This document shows, piece by piece, positions 49,646-58,011 of a DNA stretch of 64,000 nucleotides. Position numbers and translations under genes: made by a program. Every line of letters begins with the position of its first letter. The stretch's first letter is position 1. Under the pieces are notes generated by a model. That model worked only from the letters and a program-made list of their open reading frames with translations. It was not told the origin of the DNA and made no database searches. The DNA comes from a virus (taxonomy: Duplodnaviria; Caudoviricetes): positions 14,752 to 78,751 of IMG/VR virus record IMGVR_UViG_2595698890_000001. One strand, 5' to 3'.

Positions 49646-50140
49646 ATGGCAGAACAAGAAGAGAAAAAGCCGCGCCAACGCAGACAGCGCCAGCAGATAC
49701 TAAGTGTCGCCCAGCGCCGTATTCAGCGTACGTGGAAGCTTGACGAAGATACTAAGACTCGATTCATTGAGGCGATCCTCAAGGGGATGAGTGAAGAGCG
49801 AGCCTGTATGCTTGTTAAGATCAACAAGGTGCACTACTACGAGAAGAAGAAGAAGGTTATGGAGTACCTTCAGTCCGGGATTGAGCCAGACGGTGGTGAT
49901 GATCCGCGTAGCAACATCGACGAGTGGGCATCGTTCATCGAGGACGTGGAATCTGCAATTGCAGAGCACGAGCTCAACCTGATTGACGACGCGCTGGACA
50001 TCGACTCAGATGCTCGCAATAAGGCATTCTGGGCTCGTAACGTGACTATACTAGAACGACGCAACCGGGCAGACTGGGGACGCAACGAGACGCTTACACA
50101 CAACATCGGGCACTACGACCCGGACGACAAATTCCTTTAA
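49646..50140 (+). CDS. Probable terminase small subunit
   Basis: KLDEDT-RFIEAI-G-AC HTH and ILERR-WGR motif typical of a TerS family. Confidence 0.6.
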   Translation: MAEQEEKKPRQRRQRQQILSVAQRRIQRTWKLDEDTKTRFIEAILKGMSEERACMLVKINKVHYYEKKKKVMEYLQSGIEPDGGDDPRSNIDEWASFIEDVESAIAEHELNLIDDALDIDSDARNKAFWARNVTILERRNRADWGRNETLTHNIGHYDPDDKFL

Positions 50141-50166
50141 TATTAGTAAAAGTAAAGTCAGCGATA

Positions 50167-50197
50167 AAAGGGAGCCTAAGTGGTTCCCTTTTCTTTT
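50167..50197 (+). terminator. Intrinsic terminator
   Basis: AAAAGGGAGCC-TAAGT-GGTTCCCTTTT. Confidence 0.8.
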
Positions 50198-50247
50198 GGG
50201 CGGCGTATAGGTGGTTGTCACCAACAATGCCTAGGAGGGATGACATA

Positions 50248-50937
50248 GTGAAAGAACGATACAGCCACGAGTTGAAGCGCTGGCATAAGTGGCTTGGGAT
50301 TTGGCGCATAAACAAAGACTCGGTAGACACTAAGTGGGGCTACTTTGCACCGCGCTGGGCGTTAGAGTTGAAGTGGAACAAGGGTGGGTACTTTGACAAC
50401 CGCTGCTCGCTAGACATCGGACTCGTCTGGGGGATGTTCCATATCGACCTGCCGATCCGCATTAAAGATATGAAGGTCAGCTGTGAATGGGATACCTTCG
50501 GCTTTTACTTGTTCGAGAGGGATTTAGTATGGCGCTGGGGTAAGGTCTACAAATCATGGAGCCTACCGTTCGTATCATGGGTGTTCGATTTCCATCAAGT
50601 CATGCACAAGGATGGACACTGGATCGATGGGGACCGTGCGTGGAGGAACGAGGATGTAGAGAAGCATGTCTTCGACTACACGTATGTTCTGGAGTGCGGC
50701 GAAGTCCAGCACAGGAAGGCGACCTGCTACCGAGAGCGACGCCAGTGGCACCGCAAGTGGCTGCCCTTACTAAAACAGTGTGGGGTGGATATTAACGTCT
50801 CGTTCGACGGTGAGGTAGGAGAGGGCACCGGATCTTGGAAAGGTGGTACTGTAGGCTGCGGCTGGGAGATGATCCCCGGTGAGTCTATCGAACAGTGCCT
50901 AAGACGTATGGAAAAAGAGCGTAAGTTCACAAGATAA
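50248..50937 (+). CDS. Hypothetical Trp-rich phage protein
   Basis: AGGAGG RBS before GTG 50248; GEVGEGTGSWKGGTVGCG motif. Confidence 0.75.
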   Translation: MKERYSHELKRWHKWLGIWRINKDSVDTKWGYFAPRWALELKWNKGGYFDNRCSLDIGLVWGMFHIDLPIRIKDMKVSCEWDTFGFYLFERDLVWRWGKVYKSWSLPFVSWVFDFHQVMHKDGHWIDGDRAWRNEDVEKHVFDYTYVLECGEVQHRKATCYRERRQWHRKWLPLLKQCGVDINVSFDGEVGEGTGSWKGGTVGCGWEMIPGESIEQCLRRMEKERKFTR

Positions 50938-51010
50938 TTAACTTTTTAAACACGTATATATTTTAGCAACCGGGAATAATCCCTTAACCTTAGTAAAAAG
51001 GAACAACTCA

Positions 51011-51727
51011 ATGAGTAAGAAAATTTTAGTAGCATCATTCGCAACAGCTCTAACGTCTTTTGCCGCGGAAGTTCGTGAGAAGATTACCGCAGTAAAGACA
51101 GCAGCTGGTTCCCTAGCGTTTGACATCCTAGCGGGTGGCGCTACCGATTCAGGCACGGAAGTTAAGATCGCAGAAGCTAAGACCGAAGTTAATACCCTTG
51201 AATATGCCCTAGGCACTATCGAAGGTTTGCTAGCTACGTTCGGTGTGGATGGTGCAATCCCGTTAGTAATCTCCGGGGAGCTGGAAGACATCTCGATCAC
51301 TAAGCCGAAGAACGTCCCAACGCTTACGATCAGCACTTTCCGCGACTTACACCTTATCGAAGGCAAGAACGCTTTTGTGCAGACTAAAGAAGGTGAGTTC
51401 TACGTGTTGATCCAGTCAGTGTCGTCCGTAGAGGGTAACGACGAGGTGTCAACAGAGTACACATACGTCACTAAGATTCTGGCAACGCTTACAGCTGGTT
51501 ACGTAGAAGCTACTAAGGCTACCACTACCGGGCGTACTTCAGCGCGTAAACCTGCAACTTCTAACAAGCCAGCAAGTAAGAAGCCAGCGTCTAAGAAGCC
51601 AGCGGCTAAAGACGCAGACAAGAAGACCGAGCCAGCGCGTTCACGCCGTCCTCGCCCTAACACGGCTAAGAAGGAAGACGCGCCAAAAAACTCGGAAGCG
51701 GCAACTCAGGGAACTTCCGAAAGTTAA
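51011..51727 (+). CDS. Hypothetical protein with histone H1-like KKPA tail
   Basis: KPASKKPASKKPAAK and ARSRRPRP C-terminus. Confidence 0.75.
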   Translation: MSKKILVASFATALTSFAAEVREKITAVKTAAGSLAFDILAGGATDSGTEVKIAEAKTEVNTLEYALGTIEGLLATFGVDGAIPLVISGELEDISITKPKNVPTLTISTFRDLHLIEGKNAFVQTKEGEFYVLIQSVSSVEGNDEVSTEYTYVTKILATLTAGYVEATKATTTGRTSARKPATSNKPASKKPASKKPAAKDADKKTEPARSRRPRPNTAKKEDAPKNSEAATQGTSES

Positions 51728-51796
51728 CTAAGGCTGATTTGCCCGTAGACCGATGGATGGTGGCATTCGACCTAATGAATACCACGCTTACTAAAT

Positions 51797-51818
51797 AGGG
51801 GACTTCGGTCCCCTTTTT
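51797..51818 (+). terminator. Intrinsic terminator
   Basis: AGGGGAC-TTCG-GTCCCCTTTTT. Confidence 0.9.
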
Positions 51819-51822
51819 CGTG

Positions 51823-51897
51823 CCTAAGTGCCTAGGAGGTTTCGACCTAAGTGCCTAGGCATATTCAGCCTAAGTGCCTAGGAGGTTTGTGCCTAGG
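51823..51897. repeat. 23-bp tandem array A1 (CCTAAGTGCCTAGG core, 3 units plus a partial)
   Basis: Units start at 51823, 51846 and 51869. Confidence 0.95.
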
Positions 51898-52085
51898 TGT
51901 TTTAGTAAAATACCCCGATACCGGGATTTCCGTGATCGGACCGCAAAGCCCACCACGTACAGCTTTCAGCCGAATTTACACCGTTTTGGTGATCACCCCT
52001 AAACCTGAAAAAACTTCAAAATAACTGTTTACTATTAGTAAAAATAGCGTATAGTTCACCGGGTAAGGCAAAGAGGAGAAACACC

Positions 52086-52187
52086 ATGCGCTTACTTATC
52101 GAGGGAGCAGTTTTATCGCTGGTTTGTATTTTACTAATGTGCAGCGATTCCCTAATAGATATAGCTTACAACTTTTTAGTAAAATAA
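52086..52187 (+). CDS. Small hydrophobic protein (33 aa)
   Basis: GAGGAG RBS; MRLLIEGAVLSLVCILLMC... Confidence 0.5.
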   Translation: MRLLIEGAVLSLVCILLMCSDSLIDIAYNFLVK

Positions 52188-52201
52188 TTTTTAGTAAAGT
52201 G

Positions 52202-52230
52202 TTGACGGATTGATTTTAGTTTAGTAAAGT
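52202..52230 (+). promoter_or_regulatory. Sigma70 promoter of the ParB-like gene
   Basis: TTGACG-N17-TAAAGT; TTAGTAA overlaps the -10. Confidence 0.65.
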
Positions 52231-52275
52231 TAGTAATCAGAAACACAGTCACTCACAGTAAAGAGGATTCACAAA

Positions 52276-53322
52276 ATGACTAAACGCGCTTCAGAACTGG
52301 CAAAAAACACTGCCTTCAACGATTTGTTTTCTTCTAGCAAAACAGGTTTCAACGTAGCAGCTATGGCGGACGGCGATAAGATTAAGAAAGACTTCCGAAC
52401 GTACGCTATCCACCCTTCAGCAATCCGTATCATCGACGGCTTTAACTCTCGTATGGATTACGGTGATATTGAAGAGCTGGCGATGAGCCTTAAAGCGGAG
52501 CACGAGAACAACGGTCAAGCCCTGATCCAACCGCTTATCTTGATGTCTGTTAAGGGCGAAAAAGACAAGTACGACCTGATCGCCGGGCACCGTCGCATGA
52601 TGGCTGCACAGTGGTTATGGGAAAACCTACAGTACGACGTGGGCGGCTTGGCATCTCGCATCTACAAATACGATACGCCTTACCACCACATGATCGGCGT
52701 GAACATGCGTGAGAACGACCAGAAGCCGCTAACCCCTATCGAGGAAGCGATCAACTTCAAGCGTTTACGCGATGCTGACTACACGCTGGAGCAGATCCGA
52801 GACCTTAGCGGGCGTTCTATCTGCCACATTAGTAAGCGCCTAACACTACTAACCGGGGCGGATGAAGTTGTAGACGCGGTAGCTGAAGGCGTGCTTCAGT
52901 CGCAGATGGCAGCGGAAATCGTTGTGCGCCGTAAAGATGACTTGGAAGGACAGCGCGAGCTAGTCGAGAAAGCTAAGTCAGGTAAGGAAGGCAAGCGGGC
53001 GGTACGTGAGACTCTTAAAGCCGAGATGAACGCCAGCGGACGCAAGAAACGCGCTAAGAAAGTTTCCACCGGGACCGCAAAACCGGAACCAGCTAATAAA
53101 CGTCTTACCCAGAAGGAGCACGACGAGTTAGTAAAATCACACTCGGTATGGGTAGCCGATTTTGTCAAGGCGTACGGCGTGAAAGTACAGCACGACGAAG
53201 TAATGAAGAAAGCCGCCGAGTTCCGCAAGGAAGGCGATGCGGGCTACCGCAAGCTGACCAAGATGCTGATCGAGTTTGGCAAGATCGACGGCGTGGGTTT
53301 GGTCCTTGGCATTGACCTATAA
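52276..53322 (+). CDS. ParB-like protein (ParB/Srx domain plus HTH)
   Basis: IQPL, IAGHRR, REN-QKPLTPIEEA, HTH LEQI-GRS-HISKRL. Confidence 0.85.
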   Translation: MTKRASELAKNTAFNDLFSSSKTGFNVAAMADGDKIKKDFRTYAIHPSAIRIIDGFNSRMDYGDIEELAMSLKAEHENNGQALIQPLILMSVKGEKDKYDLIAGHRRMMAAQWLWENLQYDVGGLASRIYKYDTPYHHMIGVNMRENDQKPLTPIEEAINFKRLRDADYTLEQIRDLSGRSICHISKRLTLLTGADEVVDAVAEGVLQSQMAAEIVVRRKDDLEGQRELVEKAKSGKEGKRAVRETLKAEMNASGRKKRAKKVSTGTAKPEPANKRLTQKEHDELVKSHSVWVADFVKAYGVKVQHDEVMKKAAEFRKEGDAGYRKLTKMLIEFGKIDGVGLVLGIDL

Positions 53323-53524
53323 CTGCCAATTAGCCGGGTAATTGCGGCGGGCGCTTTCACTCCAATTTAGCGCCCTTTTTAAAGCGGGTTCCAGCGAGCC
53401 CATTTTAAAAAGATATACCCTTAATCTAGCCGGGTAATTTCGGCACGGGCACCTTACTAGCCCGCTTTTTAAAGTGCATTTACTAAAGTGCATTTTAACA
53501 AGTTCAACAATCGGAGTCAGATTC

Positions 53525-53986
53525 ATGCTACTAGCAAAAAACCTTCAGCGTGCGCCTTACCTTAAAACGCTGGGCGATACTCTATTCACGCAGTGCGTGC
53601 AAGATATGCCTTTCACACCGCTGGACACGTCGCCAGCCTTTACGCTTACCATTACTAAGGGCGCGGACCTATCGACAGCTCACACGCTGGCAGTTCGAGA
53701 CGTGGAGGAGGTGCACGACTTAGCCCGCCACTTTAAGACCGGGGCAAAGCGTTTGTATGGTACGCAGGTGTTCAATGATCCGATGGCGGTATTCGAAGCG
53801 CACAACGGTCACACGTGGACCGGGCAAGCAATCTTTAACGCCTTTCTAGCGAATAGCTCGACACTCGGCAAGCAGTGGATCAAGCGTGCGAGCGCGTACG
53901 ATATTGTTAAAACAGTCAATACAGTAAACGACATGGCTTTTAGTAAGTGGGTAGAAGAATTATGCGCGATGGTGGAAGAATGTTAA
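53525..53986 (+). CDS. Hypothetical protein
   Basis: GGAG RBS before ATG 53525. Confidence 0.65.
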   Translation: MLLAKNLQRAPYLKTLGDTLFTQCVQDMPFTPLDTSPAFTLTITKGADLSTAHTLAVRDVEEVHDLARHFKTGAKRLYGTQVFNDPMAVFEAHNGHTWTGQAIFNAFLANSSTLGKQWIKRASAYDIVKTVNTVNDMAFSKWVEELCAMVEEC

Positions 53987-54318
53987 AACGCTCTCTAATC
54001 GCCGCCACGCTGTTTTTCAGTGCTAACATGGCTCATGGTGCCACTGACTGGCAAAACGTTCAATCTGAAGCGTTTGCGGCGCGATTTGCCATACAGTCGA
54101 TGATTCCGTCACGCTGTATTTACCCGGAACGCTTCAATCGCTTCTATAAAGCGGTCAAAAAGGACGGTTTCGACACTGCAAAGCTAAGAGACAAAGCTTT
54201 TCTTACTAAGATTAAGAAAGAGAAGGCAAGCCTCAAGCAATGGTTAGGCACGACCGACGAAGGTTGCGCGATCATTAGTAAGCAATTCCCTGAACAGTAC
54301 TACAAGGGATTTTTTTAA
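53980..54318 (+). CDS. Exported protein with signal peptide
   Basis: MLKRSLIAATLFFSANMAHG-A signal sequence; two Cys in the mature part. Confidence 0.65.
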   Translation: MLKRSLIAATLFFSANMAHGATDWQNVQSEAFAARFAIQSMIPSRCIYPERFNRFYKAVKKDGFDTAKLRDKAFLTKIKKEKASLKQWLGTTDEGCAIISKQFPEQYYKGFF

Positions 54319-54337
54319 ATTATTTTACTAATTGGTG

Positions 54338-54365
54338 TTGACATGGTGCGTCATTTTAGTAATAT
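54338..54365 (+). promoter_or_regulatory. Sigma70 promoter
   Basis: TTGACA-N16-TAATAT; TTAGTAA overlaps the -10. Confidence 0.65.
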
Positions 54366-54427
54366 AGGCACCAAGCAAGGCGATACAGCCTAAACAATTA
54401 AACCGCAATTAGTAAGGAGTCATTACG

Positions 54428-55138
54428 ATGCGTACTATCACTATCAAATACCCAACACTTGAACACACTCTTCCAGTATTCAGCGCCCAAGACCACGGCT
54501 ACGATGGCAGCGACGACAGCCTTTTCCTAGCACTGGTTAATGGCGTCCCATCGTTTGCAGTTATGGCGGACATCGAATCTGAAGCGCACGACTCAGTTCT
54601 TAACTTCCCGACTCGCATCCCGGTAGGCGGTATCGAGCGCCGTTTCCACGGCTACGGTCCAGCTACTCTTCATGGTGTCGAGTTCAAGCAACTTACTAAC
54701 GCGGACATCGTTGCCCTTACTGACGTTGTGATCCCGGAGTGGGATGCGCACTACGGCGACGCGTGGGAGCATACATTCTCAGGGTGCGAAGTAAGCCCGG
54801 TTATTGTGGCGGCTATTCACGCCGGGGAAGGTATCTGGACTGAAGAGGTTCAAACCGACTGGGGCGAGCTCAACACAGAATACCCAACAGTTGACGCGGA
54901 CGGCGCAGAATACATGGTCCTATCCCGTCAAGAATACCAACGCTACGAGCACGACCAAGCGCGTGACCAATTGGTAGACCGTATCGACGCGCTGGAAGAT
55001 GACATTCTACGCTCGTTGTTCAACCGCAACCAACAGAGTCTTATTAACGACTTTAAAAACATGGCGGAGTTTGATCCGAAATACGCTAAAAGCATCATTG
55101 TAGCCTCTCGCGTGTTCCAAGTAATCGAACTCGACTAA
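54428..55138 (+). CDS. Acidic hypothetical protein
   Basis: AAGGAG RBS; D/E-rich 236 aa. Confidence 0.75.
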   Translation: MRTITIKYPTLEHTLPVFSAQDHGYDGSDDSLFLALVNGVPSFAVMADIESEAHDSVLNFPTRIPVGGIERRFHGYGPATLHGVEFKQLTNADIVALTDVVIPEWDAHYGDAWEHTFSGCEVSPVIVAAIHAGEGIWTEEVQTDWGELNTEYPTVDADGAEYMVLSRQEYQRYEHDQARDQLVDRIDALEDDILRSLFNRNQQSLINDFKNMAEFDPKYAKSIIVASRVFQVIELD

Positions 55139-55211
55139 CTAACCCGGGGGGGGGCAGAAGGGCTTCCCCTACAACCTGACATCATTTTTACTAATTTCGG
55201 AGAATCGAAAA

Positions 55212-55532
55212 ATGGCAGAACTACAACTTCCTAACACAATTGCGGCAGCAGCTAAGAACCTTTCTAGTGAGCAGCGTGCTCTACTGCTTCAGAAGTACCG
55301 CGACGGTGCGAAGAGCAAGGGCTTAAACTGGTTCCTATGGCTGATCGGCTTCCAGCACTTCTACCAAGGCAAGATCGGCATGGGCTTACTTTTCTTGTGT
55401 ACGCTTCCGCTTGGTATCGGTTTCGTGTGGTGGATCTTTGAAGCCTTCCGCAATAACAAGGAAATCGACAAGCTGAACGACCAGTTAGCAATGGAGCTTT
55501 TCACGGAACAGAAACTTCTAGCCAGCGACTAG
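55212..55532 (+). CDS. TM2-domain membrane protein
   Basis: KSK...LWLIG-QHFYQGKIGMGLLFL-T-G-G-VWW pattern. Confidence 0.8.
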   Translation: MAELQLPNTIAAAAKNLSSEQRALLLQKYRDGAKSKGLNWFLWLIGFQHFYQGKIGMGLLFLCTLPLGIGFVWWIFEAFRNNKEIDKLNDQLAMELFTEQKLLASD

Positions 55533-55603
55533 AATAACGCGTCAAACTCAATAGTAAGAGCCTCGGGAATCACCCGGGGCTTTCGCACATAAGGAATTAA
55601 GTC

Positions 55604-56080
55604 ATGAGGACAAAGTTTACTAATGATGAGTTAGACCGTATCGAAGCGGCTACCGGGTATCGCATACGCTTGAGATCCGAGCACCCATATTACAGCGCGT
55701 ACTTAAAAGCTCGCCAGCGTTGTCTCGACCCGGATCACGAATCTTATCCTTGGTATGGCGGGAGAGGTCTAACTTTCGGGTTTAACGGTGCCGTGGGTTT
55801 TACGCAGTATTGCGAAGAGCTTGGGAGGAAGCCATCCCCTAAGCACACGGTAGACCGTCGGGATAATGATCTCGGCTACGTCCCCGGGAATATACGTTGG
55901 GCAAGCCCAGCCCAGCAGGGAGCAAACCAGCGAAAGACCAAAAAGTACCCTTACAAGGGTAGGATGATGACCGCGAGGCGTATTAGTAAGATAACGGGGC
56001 TCAGTAAGGCTGTTATCGCTGACCGATGGCGACGTGGCGAACGCGGGGACCGCTGGCTAAGACCCGCCCAACGTGCCTAG
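55604..56080 (+). CDS. HNH endonuclease-like protein
   Basis: RQRC...YGGRG...HTVDRRDN-GY-PGNIRWA-QQ-NQR. Confidence 0.85.
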   Translation: MRTKFTNDELDRIEAATGYRIRLRSEHPYYSAYLKARQRCLDPDHESYPWYGGRGLTFGFNGAVGFTQYCEELGRKPSPKHTVDRRDNDLGYVPGNIRWASPAQQGANQRKTKKYPYKGRMMTARRISKITGLSKAVIADRWRRGERGDRWLRPAQRA

Positions 56081-56267
56081 GAGGTTTCAACCTAAGTGCC
56101 TAGGAGGTTTCAACCTAAGTGCCTAGGAGGTTTCAACCTAAGTGCCTAGGAGGTTTCAACCTAAGTGCCTAGGAGGTTTCAACCTAAGTGCCTAGGAGGT
56201 TTCAACCTAAGTGCCTAGGAGGTTTCAAAAATTTTGCTTAGGAGGTTTCAAAAATTTTGCTTAGGTG
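56073..56267. repeat. 23-bp tandem array A2 (GTGCCTAGGAGGTTTCAACCTAA, 6 perfect units plus degenerate ones)
   Basis: Perfect units from 56073 to 56210, variants to 56267; no spacers. Confidence 0.98.
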
Positions 56268-56657
56268 ATCTCATCCAAACGACCTAGGCATATTGAGATT
56301 ATTGTCAATAGGCGGGATGTTACTGATAGGATTGTTAATAGATAAAATTGTTAATAGATAAAACTATTAGTAAACAATTCTATCAATAGATAATATTGTT
56401 AATAGTTAAAACTGTTAGTAGTTAAAACTATCAATAAACCCGGCGGACCGGGAAGCCGTCGCCAGCTTCCCCGGGGACCGGGACCGGGAAGCGATCCCCG
56501 GCGTGGTGCCTATTACCACAAAATACGGATCAACTACCAAACTATTTTTTATAGTTTTTAGTAATAACCATATAACAAAATAGTTTACTAAAATGATTGA
56601 AGTTGCCCGGCGTTTTTAGTAAACGCGTGCGCACGCGGTCTATTACTATTAGTAAAA

Positions 56658-56715
56658 AAATATTTGTTGAAAGTTGAAAAAACATGTTGTACCCGGACCG
56701 CGTTTTTAGTAATAT
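56658..56715 (+). promoter_or_regulatory. Early sigma70 promoter, copy 1
   Basis: AAATATTTGTTGAAAGTTG upstream element, TTGTAC-N17-TAATAT. Confidence 0.8.
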
Positions 56716-56772
56716 GTCTCACAAGGAAGGCGGGAAGGGTTCCCGGCTATGGCAAACAATGGAGCGCCGATC

Positions 56773-56877
56773 ATGTTTATAGATTTGAACAAAGTTGCAC
56801 TACTTCCAAGCTTTGATTGGATGTTTTGGACCGGGATCGCGTGCGCCGCTTATATCGTTTGGAAGTTCTCAAAATGA
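56773..56877 (+). CDS. Small membrane protein (34 aa)
   Basis: GGAG RBS; hydrophobic WMFWTGIACAAYIVW; ATGA overlap with the next gene. Confidence 0.55.
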   Translation: MFIDLNKVALLPSFDWMFWTGIACAAYIVWKFSK

Positions 56878-57026
56878 AAACTTTACTAATAGTAATCACC
56901 TTACTAGCCGGGATCGTTAGTTGCGATCAGATTCGCACCGCCGCCGCCGTTAAAACGTGCGAGGCTAAAAAGGAAGCGGGACAGCTCGCCGCGCCTTTTG
57001 ATAACTGCGACATTCTGAAATATTAG
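56874..57026 (+). CDS. Small lipoprotein (50 aa)
   Basis: MKTLLIVITLLAGIVS-C lipobox; two further Cys. Confidence 0.7.
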   Translation: MKTLLIVITLLAGIVSCDQIRTAAAVKTCEAKKEAGQLAAPFDNCDILKY

Positions 57027-57029
57027 TAA

Positions 57030-57087
57030 AAATATTTCTTGAAAGTTGTATTTTGCTATTGTACCCGGACCGGGTTTTTAGTAAGAT
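57030..57087 (+). promoter_or_regulatory. Early sigma70 promoter, copy 2
   Basis: Same upstream element; TTGTAC-N17-TAAGAT. Confidence 0.8.
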
Positions 57088-57125
57088 AACCATATCAAAG
57101 CAAACAAGCATTAAGGCAGTCACTT

Positions 57126-57518
57126 ATGTTTAACCGTAAAACTCAAAAGCAAAAAATCTTTTCTCTCGCGTGGGATAACGCTCGCCACGCGGCAAGCTTC
57201 CACGGCGGCAAGCCTTGCGAGTATTTCGCGGAATCTCTTAAACTTGCGTACCGTGGGATCTCACTTGAACCCGTGCGCCCACACTCGCAGAAAGTGACGC
57301 CGGATCTTATCAGCGCCGTGATCAGTACCGTGATCGCAGTTGCAATCATTCTCTTTTCTGTTTGGGTAGCCCATCCCGTTGCTATTATCTCGGCTGTAGT
57401 TGGGATCGCAATTGGCGCGGCTGGTTACTCGGATTTTGAATTGCACTTTCAAGCAATCGCAGAAAACAAGCGTATTAACGCAAACACTAATTTCAATCGT
57501 TTAATTACTAAATTTTAA
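57126..57518 (+). CDS. Membrane protein with two TM segments
   Basis: IFSLAW-AR...YFAESLKLAY N-terminal phage motif, then a hydrophobic hairpin. Confidence 0.7.
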   Translation: MFNRKTQKQKIFSLAWDNARHAASFHGGKPCEYFAESLKLAYRGISLEPVRPHSQKVTPDLISAVISTVIAVAIILFSVWVAHPVAIISAVVGIAIGAAGYSDFELHFQAIAENKRINANTNFNRLITKF

Positions 57519-57532
57519 AGTAAGGGTATCCC

Positions 57533-58009
57533 ATGAAAAATTTTGGCATCGAAACACAACTTGCTAACCGTACTGAAGCGGTTAACACTGCAAACCGTTT
57601 TATTAACGAAGTCGCGCCCGTGCTGGCGGCTCGCTTTGCTGAAGGCTTCAAGATCAAAACGACATCAAACGACCTTTACCAAAAGGACGCACGCGACGTG
57701 CGATCCATACTTGATAGCGCGGCGACGGCTGGCAAGATCCATCAATCATTTTTAGACATCACCGACACGGTGATCCGTGTTCGCGTTAAAACTACTTTTT
57801 CAGTCTCCCCGTGTGGTTGCTGCTACTATGAGGAGTTTGTCCCGGTTTGGGATCTGGAGAACTCGCGCCCGTGGGCATTCGAACCGCTGGAGATCGTACC
57901 GCTTGGAAAAGTGATCGAAGCACATCAAGCGATCCCGGCAGTGGAGCAACAGATCCGCGAATTGAAAAGCAAGCTTTCAAAACTAAAACAGATCACCGGG
58001 GGGCTTTAA
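57533..58009 (+). CDS. Hypothetical early protein
   Basis: TAAGGG RBS; C-terminal coiled coil. Confidence 0.7.
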   Translation: MKNFGIETQLANRTEAVNTANRFINEVAPVLAARFAEGFKIKTTSNDLYQKDARDVRSILDSAATAGKIHQSFLDITDTVIRVRVKTTFSVSPCGCCYYEEFVPVWDLENSRPWAFEPLEIVPLGKVIEAHQAIPAVEQQIRELKSKLSKLKQITGGL

Positions 58010-58011
58010 TC

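Noticed and set aside
52276-53322. Temperate plasmid-prophage lifestyle inferred from ParB, initiator and DnaC
   Set aside because: No ParA, integrase, protelomerase or divergent repressor switch; all genes are co-oriented.
55146-55154. G9 homopolymer as a phase-variation tract
   Set aside because: Intergenic, not in an evident promoter spacer; could be part of a hairpin or a sequencing artefact.
56073-56267. Tandem 23-bp repeats as a CRISPR array (also 51823 and 63886)
   Set aside because: Units are head-to-tail with no unique spacers, and no cas genes are present.
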